From the NCBI GenBank assembly GCA_030141605.1, contig JAQGDQ010000462.1:117640-181639 (forward strand): a stretch of DNA of 64,000 nucleotides, read 5' to 3'. This document shows, in pieces, positions 53,225 to 64,000 of the stretch; positions within the stretch are counted from its first letter, which is position 1; every line of letters begins with the position of its first letter. The notes beneath the pieces are model-generated. The model worked only from the letters and a program-made list of their open reading frames with translations. It did not search any database and was not told the DNA's origin. This stretch comes from Tubiluchus corallicola. Taxonomy: Eukaryota; Animalia; Priapulida. A program made the position numbers and the translations under genes.

Positions 53225-53805
53225 ATATTATTATATTATTATTTTATATTATGTTGTGTTGTGTTGCATTGCGTTGCGTTATGCTATGCTATGCTATATT
53301 ATATTATATTATATTATATTATATTATATTATATTATATTATATTATATTATATTATATTATATTATATTATATTATATTATATTATATTATATTACATT
53401 ACATTACATTACATTACATTACATTACATTACATTACACAACACTACACTACACTACACTACACTACATTACTTTATATTATATTATATTATATTATATT
53501 GTATTATATTATATTATATTATATTATATTATATTATATTATATTATATTATATTATATTATATTATATTATATTATATTATATTATATTATATTATATT
53601 ATATTATATTATATTATATTATATTATATTATATTATATTATATTATATTATATTATATTATATTATATTATATTATATTATATTATATTATATTATACT
53701 ATATTATATTATATTATATTATATTATATTATATTATATTATATTATATTATATTATATTATATTATATTATATTATATTATATATATGTATATATATGT
53801 ATATA
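53225..53805. repeat. (ATATT)n pentanucleotide array with ACATT/ACACT variants
   Basis: Directly visible; explains the ILYYI ORFs. Confidence 0.97.
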
Positions 53806-56800
53806 TCGGACTGAATTCAACTCAGGGGATCGAACTCCAAGATGGCATGGCGGTCTTGATATTGCGCATCATGAAGATCCATTTTGCTATCGTTGTGTAA
53901 CTGATTACTTAACTACAAATGTCAATCTTAATTACAAATGTTAAGCTAATGTCTGTGAACTAATACCATATACCTGTTATACCACGTTATTTAACTCTCA
54001 TAAAATAAAACACAAAAATTACACTGTACGGAGTTTATTACCAGCACTTATAGCAAATATGGGAACAAAATACACGTACAAAAAATAACTAAGTAAGTAA
54101 CGAGCACCTTTGTCAGAAATCCAGGCTGTAGTGACCTCTGTACGCTTTTATACTGGCATTGCTTGTCTGGCTGAATAATTTTAGACTATATATGAACTTG
54201 CAATGCATGTTTATATATAATCTGTAATGGACTATAATGTTTGTTTTTTAAAATAAATAGTAATAATGTTCTCTGCACATGTATTAATGAAGGTTCTATT
54301 GCATTTTTCATTCTCTCACACTATTTCTCTTTCTGTCATAATTTTTTTCCATTTTCTCTTGTCTGCATTTCGCTTATGTTGCTGTTTTCGTTCTGCCAGA
54401 TTGATGGTTCATGTCGATCACACATGTGAGAACCTTAATGAGAAGCTTGGTGCTGCTATCTGTCGAGCGAAAAAAGAAACGCTAAGCAACTATCATTTGC
54501 AGTACCATAAATTCTGTATTATAACAGTGCGTGCACGTTTTATTGTTTTTTTCTATTGTTCCTTAGCTTGACCAATTGATTATTTATAAACTTATTTATT
54601 TATTTATTTGTAGCCTCAATTAAATTTTGCTGTAATTGTTGTTCGCTGTACAATAATTAATAATTTATGCATAAAACTAATTTTAAATAATTATCATTTT
54701 CTTCCTTCTTTTGTTTTACATATTCTCAATTTTGAATAATTTTCCTTTTGTGTGAAAAAATTGTGAAGATATTTTTGCAAGAATTTTTTTTCATTAGATC
54801 TATAAATTACGGATGATTGCAAAATAAGAACTGAATTCACAAAAATGTTGATATAAAAGATTACATAAAATTTACTCGTGTTTGTTCTAGTTTGATTATA
54901 ACTAGTTTGGCAGGTTTGATAATTATAACATGGTTTAAGATGTTCAAAGACAAGTGTGAACAGGTCAGGTCACCTACACGCTCTGCCTGGCAACGTGCCA
55001 GCTACAAATTCGTTAAAGCAAAATCGCACCCAATCTTAAACACTAGGTCAAACCAGTCAACTCTTTAAAATGATTCAAGAGAACATCCTATTTTTAAATA
55101 ATGACTTACGTGAAAGAATTATTACGAAAAACACACTTTTACGTTCGCACCACTAGTTCTTTGCTGTTACCTTCATTTCGCTATTCGTTATTTGTAAAAC
55201 TTTTTGTATTTTATCAATAATTAATACATATTATATACACATTAATACGTATCTCGTTAAATTTATAGTGTTGACTAGACTAGAAGATGGTTTGTCTGTC
55301 ACGCCTTCTATACAATTATTTATTAAGATATAAGCATAATATTAATATTACTAACACGAAAGAGACAAATGAATGAAATAGAATTGAATTGAATTAAACT
55401 GAAACGTGTCGCCTAAGAGGCCCTATGTTTGCTGCTTTGCTTATAAAGGGAATCCAGTAAAGACAGATACAAATTTTATGCTACTTAACCATGTTTTAGT
55501 GTTCTCTAGTTTCAACTGAAGTGTGAATACCTGTTACTTTATGTTTAAAGGAAGACAGGATCATTTTTGAACTACCCCATTTTCAGTCAGATAAAAAGTA
55601 TATATTTTAACATAATTTATACAGTAAAAGTGTTTCTGATAATTAAATAACAATCAAAAGCAAAAACATTCAATGAGCGTGTTGCAGGTGTTTGCGGAAG
55701 CGGAAATTGAAGTACAGTGCTAATGTAAGATATTCAGTGTGTTGTATTAAAACTAGGCAAGCTTTTAGATATCAAATCAAAATTCTCAACTTTGTCTCTG
55801 TGCTCACGCATGAACGTGTGTAGTTCGTCACAAACTAACATATCTGAACTGAGAGGTACATCACCTGTTTTTGCGCAACGCTTTCCGAAATGGCATAATG
55901 CACGTAACAGCAAAGAACTAATAATACTGTCACGTAAGTCTTTTTTGAAAAAATAGTATGTTTTCTTTTAGTAATTTAAAGAGTAAATTGTTTTGACCTA
56001 CAGTTTAAGATTTGGTTCGGTTTTGCTTTAATTGTCTGTTTATTTTAGAACTGCTTTTTACATCAGTAATAAAGACTAGGCGCATTCCTTTAACTAATGA
56101 ACAGTTTTCGCTATAATATTTATATCGCAATAATATAGACACACGCTGAGCAATTATCATTACAAATAAAATTATAACGGAATTTGTAGGCTTGCAAAGA
56201 TCTACATAATGGCATAAAATTTGTTTTTTCGCACATTTTCAAAAATATATTTATAACACCTAAAAAGTTTGCATTGTTGCTTAGTCAGTAGAGAAAATCA
56301 TATTTTAAAGCAAAGCTTCTAAGTGTTATGTCTAAGTGCAGATAGATTTCTCTTTCATGAGATTTGAATTCCAGAAAAAAAAACTTTTAGAGTTTAAAGC
56401 TTTATTCCCAGACAATATCGCACTGTTCAGGGCAGGTATAATTTACTTAGTGACAGAAGAATTTCAGACAAAGCTTCTCTGTACATCAACAAAAACGTTG
56501 ATCCCCTTGACTATGCATCAACAAAGATGTTAATCCCCTTGACTATGCATGACTATCACGCTTAAAGCTGATTATCTCTAGTATAATTGACGTTAATCCT
56601 AAAAGCAGGCGCCTAGCCACTCAGGAACTATACTAAAGTGCTTTTTCCAATACCCTGTTCATCGCAAAGAAGCTAATCCGTGTTTTAAACTGATTATACT
56701 TTGTAAGAAAAATTCCGAAGTCGGAGTCCATTCCGTCCATCAGAAATGATCCCTTTTCAGTGTAACTATGCACCATGTATTAACAGAGAAGTTAGTCAGA

Positions 56801-57534
56801 TTAATCGGTTCTAAAAACTAAACGCCAATGTTAAGAATAAGTGCGTGTATTCAGTCGCTCAGAAATCCCCTGATAAAAATGCATTCACAGTCCATCTATC
56901 AACTTGCATTCTGTAAAACTCCAAAGTTAATTGTTTGATTTGACAAAAACAATCGAAAACAAAGGATTTTCATTGTTAATTTTTAGAATTGTTTGTCACA
57001 AAGTCATAAAGACGAAAGAGCGAGACTCTCTTAAATTTTGCACCAAATTCAAAAACTTAATCTTGATTTTCGGACAAAAAAACGTAACATTTCTTTCTTC
57101 ATTGTTTTACCTGAACAAAACTAACCTTCTTTCATGAGGCGCGACATTTTTGCGTCGATCGAAATTTTTTTAAGTTCAACAGTCGCCAAAAAATTCCCAC
57201 GACTGAGTCTTGTAGCAAATCCTTCACATGAAGATTGAAACTATTTGGCGTGATTTCAGCCACATTATTACGAATTTTGGGTTTTTCTCTCGAAAATGTT
57301 GCCTCATTTTTGCGAATTCTGGGTTTTTCTTCCTCGAGAATGTGGCCACATCTTTGGGAAGTTTAGGTTTTTTTCTCTAATGAATGTCGCCTCATTTTTG
57401 CGAATTTCAAGTTTTTTTCTCAGCGAACTGGTTACCGCTGTAAATCCGACGGCAAATGCATATGGCATGTTTTATGTATAAAATACTTAAAAACTACCAA
57501 AATCCTTTAAATCAACACCTTTTTGTACATTCGC

Positions 57535-57600
57535 ATCAGTATCGAACCCAGTCACAAAGCCACAAGAAACGAATTACAAATACCGTTATACCAAACACAA
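57535..57600 (-). other. tRNA-derived SINE-like head (Pol III A/B boxes)
   Basis: Minus strand A-box TGGTATAACGG (57593-57583) and B-box GGTTCGAT (57548-57541), about 34 nt apart. No full cloverleaf. Confidence 0.4.
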
Positions 57601-58108
57601 GCTGGACAAAATATTTAATAATTCAGGGCGTCTAAAGTGTGGAATTCTTTGTGAACTGAATTAATGAGCAGTAGCGTAGCAATGTTAACTTGTTTAAGAC
57701 CTTGGCGTCACCTAAAAGCTATTATTCTAATTCATTATATTGTGCTTTTTAAATTCCGTATTTTTGAGCTGCTTTGAAATTTTGATATGTTTTCTTTTTG
57801 TTTTTTGGTATTAGCCCGAATATTGTCTGCAAACTGAGCACCAACGTAGAGTTTGTTGTAAATGAACTTTGCTCATTCAAGTTGTCCTGATATTACAACA
57901 CTAACAATGCAGATATAAGAACAATTAATATAATATAGTAATAAGAAAACTAACACAAATAAGCACTTTCCAATCATGTGTATATTTTTTCAGCTTACGT
58001 GCCCTTCCAAATTACATATTGTGTCTTGTAGTCAATCACAAAGATGGCACTGCAAGTTGTTTGATGCTTAGCAAAGAGCTACAGCACTATGGGTGACACA
58101 ATGTAAAC

Positions 58109-58474
58109 TTACGATGTTCCACTCACAGAACGTTTATCTATTTCAATTTGTTCGCATCTTTGCTGATAATATACCTCATCCGAACAACATTTTTTGTACT
58201 TTTCTTCAGCTTCCGCGTACTTCTTTTCGAACCCTGACAGTGGTTTGCCTGGTCCAAGTTGAATTTTATCGGCCCCCGAGCATATAAAGCATTTCTTTTG
58301 ATGTTCCTTCATAGTAGGTGAGCCTTCCTTGCATCGTCCCAGAGCACCATCGGTATGCAGGTACGTCCCAAAGTTATCATCAGTTCTGCCTCTGAGAGAA
58401 ATGCACTCGTTTGAACTATCGGACAGCATAACAAGAACGCAGACTACAAAAAGCAACTTTACAAAAAATGGCAT
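58109..58474 (-). CDS. Small secreted cysteine-rich protein (121 aa if unspliced; may be a first coding exon)
   Basis: Acceptor ttttctttatcatcttacAG abuts the ATG. Signal peptide MPFFVKLLFVVCVLVMLSDSS. Cys at 24, 48, 62, 65, 96, 97 and 107, with KR at 114-115. The ORF is non-repetitive. Consensus donors GTGAGT (58126) and GTAAGT (58112) lie at its end. Confidence 0.7.
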   Translation of the reverse strand: MPFFVKLLFVVCVLVMLSDSSNECISLRGRTDDNFGTYLHTDGALGRCKEGSPTMKEHQKKCFICSGADKIQLGPGKPLSGFEKKYAEAEEKYKKCCSDEVYYQQRCEQIEIDKRSVSGTS

Positions 58475-58824
58475 CTGTAAGATGATAAAGAAAATAATCT
58501 CTGATGTCTAAAAGATTTCCTACAGCTTATGCAAGCCCATAGTTGAAAAGCCCAGGTTGAAAAGATTTCGGCTAAAGATCATATTTACCCTATTTATGTA
58601 GCTGTCTGCCCAGTAAAGTGGATCAGATAAAATAGCCACCCACTTGCGCCTCTGCCGTCCACTGTACTGTCACTTCAACAACACGCAAATACTGCTGTTG
58701 TGTCAGGATCCCAGTTTTCTCTAGTGAAACAATAGGAACGTGTTTCTAGTTGTGACAAGTAACTGTTGCCATGGCGTTTGTTATCCAAAACAGAAGTTTA
58801 GTGATAAACGGAATCATAAAGGTG

Positions 58825-59240
58825 AACAACCAGCGAAGACACAAGAGTTGAGGTAGAAGCACAAAGATGAACAGCTAGCGAAGACACAAGATTTGAGGTA
58901 GAAGCAAAATATGAACAATTAGCGAAGACACAAGACTTGAGGTAGAAGCAAAATATGAACAATTGGCGAAGACACAAGACTTGAGACAGAAGCACAAACA
59001 TGAGAAACTAGAGAAGACACAAGAGTTGAGGTAGAAGCACAAAGATGAACAACTAGCGAAGACACAAGACTTGAGACAGAAGCAAGCACAAACATGAGCA
59101 ACTAGAGAAGACACAAAACTGAGGCAGAAGCACAAAGATGAGCAACTAGAGAAGACACAAAACTGAGGCAGAAGCACAAAGATGAACAACTAGCGAAGAC
59201 ACAAGACTTGAGGCAGGAGCCAAAAATGAACAACTAGCGA
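58825..59240. repeat. 44-45-bp minisatellite (~9 copies)
   Basis: Unit gaagacacaagacttgaggtagaagcacaaagatgaacaactagc. Confidence 0.92.
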
Positions 59241-59514
59241 TCGTGCTAACATTTCATTTGTTGAGGTAGCAGTACCTATACACGAGCCGCCACTGGTCTT
59301 GTAGCAAAGGTTTGGTTTTGCCTGAGGCCCACAATATGGAGTGAGAACCATCCTCCTTGGTGTTCCTACTGCTGGTGCTGGCAGTGGCAATGGTGATGGT
59401 GCAATACTGTTATGATGCTGCTACTGGCAGCGGTACAGTGGCAGTGATGGCGATGATGGTTATCATATTTACACCCTCCACCACGACTAACAGCACCTCT
59501 ACATGGTTTTCAAT

Positions 59515-60020
59515 ACTAACAATAACAACAGCAACAGCTGGAACAGCAAAGCCAACACCAACAGCAACAACAAAACCAAAAACAACAAGAACAGCAACAA
59601 GAACAGCAACAATAATAATAAACACAATAGCAACAGCAACAACCGAAGAAAAGCGGTAATGGCAACAGCAAAAACAGTAATAACACCACCACCAACAACA
59701 AAACAACAAACGTTACAATGACAAAAACATTGATGATAAAGAAGAGGACAACAAATGCAGAAACCAAAAAACTAATTTACACCAAGAATAACAACAACAG
59801 GACTAGCAACAACTGCAGCAGAAGAACAACGATGATGACATCGACATTAATGAAAACGATAATAGCAACAACAAAAAACAGCCACAACAGCAGCGACAAA
59901 AGTAATGATGATGACTATGATGATGACAGCGGTGGTAGATCACAACAAAAGAGCGAGCTATGACAAACAATATACAACAGACAAAACAAACAAACAAAAA
60001 ATAAATAAAAACAAGTGCAA
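59515..60020. repeat. Degenerate (AAC)-rich low-complexity tract
   Basis: Directly visible. Confidence 0.85.
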
Positions 60021-60089
60021 CAACATTAGCCTCTATAACTATTTTGAGTATGCAAAAATATATTTTCAACGTATCGAATTCTCCTAGTA

Positions 60090-61865
60090 CCAGTTTTTCC
60101 CAGTATTAAACTTTTCTAGCAGCAAACTTTCTCTTTACTGAACGTTCATAGCATCAAACTTTCCCAGTACTAAACGTTCTTAGTATTAAACTTTCCCAGT
60201 ATTAAACTTTCCTAGCAGCAAACTTTCTCTTTACTGAACGTTCATAGCATCAAACTTTCCCAGTACTAAACGTTCTTAGTATTAAACTTTCCCAGTACTA
60301 AACGTTCTTAGTATTAAACTTTCCCAGTATTAAACTTTCCTAGCATCAAACTTTCCCTTTATTGAACGTTCATAGCATCAAACTTTCCCTGTACTGAACG
60401 TTCTTAGTATCAAACTTTCCCAGTACTGAACGTTCTTAGTATTAAACTTTCCCAGTACTGAACGTTCTTAGTATTAAACTTTCCCAGTATTAAACTTTCC
60501 TAGCATCAAACTTTCCCTTTATTGAACGTTCATAGCATCAAACTTTCCCTGTACTGAACGTTCTTAGTATCAAACTTTCCCAGTACTGAACGTTCTTAGT
60601 ATTAAACTTTCCCAGTACTGAACGTTCTTAGTATTAAACTTTCCCAGTATTAAACTTTCCTAGCATCAAACTTTCCCTTTATTGAACGTTCATGGCATCA
60701 AACTTTCCCAGTACTGAACGTTCTTAGTATCAAACTTTCACAGTACTGAACGTTCTTAGTATTAAACTTTCCCAGTATTAAACTTTCCTAGCATAAAAAC
60801 TTTCCCTTTATTGAACGTTCATGGCATCAAACTTTCCCAGTACTGAACGTTCTTAGTATCAAACTTTCCCAGTATTAAACTTTCCTAGCAGCAAACTTTC
60901 TCTTTACTGAACGTTCATAGCATCAAACTTTCCCAGTACTGAACGTTCTTAGTATTAAACTTTCCCAGTATTAAACATTCCTAGCATCAAACTTTCCCAG
61001 TACTGAACGTTCCTAGCATCAAACTTTTCCTTTATTGAACGTTCATAGCATCAAACTTTCCCAGTACTGAACGTTCTTAGTATCAAACTTTCCCAGTATT
61101 AAACTTTTCTAGCATCAAACTTTCCCAGTACTGAACGTTCCTAGCATCAAACTTTCCCTTTATTGAACGTTCATAGCATCAAACTTTCCCAGTACTGAAC
61201 GTTCTTAGTATCAAACTTTCCCTTTATTGAACGTTCATAGCATCAAACTTTCCCAGTACTGAACGTTCTTAGTATCAAACTTTCCCAGTATTAAACTTTT
61301 CTAGCATCAAACTTTCCCAGTACTGAACGTTCCTAGCATCAAGCTTTCCCAGTACTGAACGTTCCTAGCATCAAACTTTCCCTTTATTGAATGTTCATAG
61401 CATCAAACTTTCCCAGTACTGAACGTTCTTAGTATCAAACTTTCCCAGTATTAAACTTTTCTAGCATCAAACTTTCCCTTTATTGAACGTTCTTAGTATC
61501 AAACTTTCCCAGTATTAAACTTTCCTAGCATCAAACTTTCCCAGTACTGAACGTTCCTAGCATCAAGCTTTCCCAGTACTGAACGTTCCTAGCATCAAAC
61601 TTTCCCAGTATTAAACTTTCCTAGCATCAAACTTTCCCTTTACTGAACGTTCCTGGGATCAAACTTTCCCAGTACTGAACGTTCTTAGTATCAAACTTTC
61701 CCAGTATTAAACTTTCCTAGCATCAAACTTTCCCAGTGCTGAACGTTCCTAGCATCAAGCTTTCCCAGTACTGAACGTTCCTAGCATCAAACTTTCCCAG
61801 TACTGAACGTTCCTAGCATCAAACTTTCCCTTTACTGAACGTTCCTGGGATCAAACTTGTCCTAA
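60090..61865. repeat. 16-bp-monomer satellite (~110 monomers) with higher-order structure
   Basis: Monomer variants aaactttcccagtact, gaacgttcttagtatc, aaactttcctagcatc, aaactttccctttatt and gaacgttcatagcatc. Confidence 0.95.
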
Positions 61866-63539
61866 AAGATTTTTACCTTGCACCCTCTTTATATGTACCA
61901 AAAAATGTTTAGCAAAACTTTGGAGTACTGCATTTACCAATACCATATTTGCTTTGCAGCAAATTTTTCTGGTAGCAAAATTTCCTAGGATCAAACTTAC
62001 CGACGCTAAATTTACTACTACCATACTTAGCGGGCGTTGCATTTACCCACATAAGACAACACGCTCTATATTAAAACCAGAAACCGGTAGATGGCAGCAC
62101 CAACCTCGTGAAGGGAGACTTTCCCGTGTTACTGCAGAAAATCAAAAGCTCTTGGGATCTGTAGAGGAGAGGAACTCATCGGAGCGAGTTGCTTATAAAG
62201 CATTTAACCCCACATTGGGAACCCCCTGCAATTCCCCTGAGTATTTTTGAGCTGCACCGTGTTGAATTTAAACGCATGAGACCACAGGTGCATTAATTAA
62301 AGATAGAAACCGGTAGATGGCAGCAGCAACCTCGTGGCGGGAGACTTTGCCCGTTTGGTTCAGTGCAGTGCAGACAGAACAACAAATTTATGAAACTGTA
62401 TACAATTAGGAAGTATTGTGAAATGATATAATTAATAATAATAATTCCATTCTGTAATGTTATGAGGCTTTTGAAATCTGTTATAAATTGTGAAAGTCTT
62501 TTGACGCATTATAACAAACTAACAACTTAGTTTACGTTATTAACAGGTTTTTGCACGTGTTTAGAAGCCGCTTTTGTTGCTCAACTCTGATAAAAGAGGA
62601 GGCAAGACAAAGGGAGAGCTAATTAGCCAAACTATGTTCAAATATTGGAAAAGAGACGTCTAGACGCCATCAGGTCTGGCACTTTTGCTTGGTTTCTGTG
62701 CTGCAATGGCTTTCTGTTGTACTTCTTGAATGGATCGTGTAAGACATTTTGTTTTGACAATTAACAATGGTCGCTAAGCGAGGTTGACATTATAATGTGT
62801 GCATTATAACGAGGTTTAACTGTACCTCGTAAAATGTTACAGTACCATTTGGGGTAATAATCAAATTTCTGGAACAACGACTAAAGTATACAGGCTTATA
62901 TTTTTCACAGGTTAATTCACTAATGCAGCCTAAAGTTCCAAGTAACAAACGTTTATTAAAGTAGCGCACGAATTTTGTAACACTCATACTATATCCTTTT
63001 AGGTATTTTTTCTTCATAGAAATTCGTGTCATCAAAGTTTCTTATTTGGGTTTTATTTGAAATGCGTTGCGCTGATTAATAAATTTGCTGACAATTTTTA
63101 ATTCTGCACCCAGCAATTTGTTCGTATAAATTCAGTGATTCAGAAAGCCTAAAAGTCACACAAAATTGACTGATTGGTAATGTTGTAATGCAAAGTAATG
63201 AGCTCTAAACTTGGAAAAGAAAATTTAGGAAAACCTTTACGGCTTTTTGTTCTAATGTGCAAATAAGTTACCAGAAAAAAGACTGCTGTAAATCTTTCAA
63301 TCAAAATTTTACTCATGATTCACAACTTATCTAAAATTTTTCACACATATAAATGTATTAAAACTCAATTGTCTTTTGGGAATTTGAATGGGGCTTGGCA
63401 TATTGCTAAGTAACTTTTTGTCATTAAATGAGCAAAATTTGCGAATTCATAAGTCAAAAGCCAAGCGTGAATCACAGAATATTGCTTTAATTTGCCCACT
63501 TTACATTAGGGCAGCTAAATAACTGCTGTGACGCATCAC

Positions 63540-64000
63540 ACCCCTTGTGTTACCTGTTGCCCTTGTGTTACCTGTTGCCCCTTGCGTTACCTGTTGCCCC
63601 TTGCGTTACCTGTTACCCCTTGTGTTACCTGTTGCCCCTTGCGTTACCTGTTACCCCTTGTGTTACCTGTTGCCCCTTGCGTTACCTGTTACCCCTTGTG
63701 TTACCTGTTGCCCCTTGTGTTACCTGTTGCCCCTTGTGTTACCTGTTGCCCTTGTGTTACCTGTTGCCCCTTGTGTTACCTGTTGCCCTTGTGTTACCTG
63801 TTGCCCTTGTGTTACCTGTTGCCCTTGTGTTACCTGTTGCCCTTGCGTTACCTGTTACCCCTTGTGTTACCTGTTTCCCCTTGTCTTACCTGTTGCCCTT
63901 GTGTTACCTGTTGCCCTTGTGTTACCTGTTTCCCCTTGTCTTACCTGTTGCCCTTGCGTTACCTGTTACCCCTTGTCTTACCTGTTGCCCCTTGTCTTAC
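63540..64000. repeat. 18-19-bp minisatellite (runs off window)
   Basis: Unit ccc(c)ttgtgttacctgttg. Confidence 0.95.

Noticed and set aside
60090-61865. CRISPR-like appearance of the short regular repeats (also 16665-17020, 58825-59240, 63540-64000)
   Set aside because: Units are head-to-tail with no unique spacers, there are no cas genes, and the context is eukaryotic.

Overview
AT-rich, repeat-dense eukaryotic (invertebrate-animal-like) genomic DNA, with no prokaryotic gene organisation and no CRISPR. Three host genes are supported. (1) A minus-strand spliced gene, largely missed by the ORF track, encoding a signal peptide plus at least two tandem WSC domains on phase-1 exons (4088-4028, 2361-2020, 323-<1). 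(2) An intronless 394-aa GT8 glucoside-xylosyltransferase (GXYLT-like) CDS at 48199-49383 with diverged conserved motifs. (3) A small secreted Cys-rich protein exon at 58474-58109. The most striking non-coding signal is a fully pairable HDV-like self-cleaving ribozyme fold (3296-3459, + strand, long J1/2, no P4) heading a GC-rich retroelement-like 5' segment in intron 1 of the WSC gene. The rest is decayed LINEs (RTE, RTEX-like, CR1), a SCAN-gag Gypsy remnant with Gmr1-like domain order, several MITE families (TTAA/Kolobok-like, hAT-like), and many micro/minisatellites, one with a 160-bp higher-order repeat. Most long ORFs in the track are repeat artefacts. Repeat boundaries were read by eye and are approximate, and family motifs are quoted from memory rather than from database searches.
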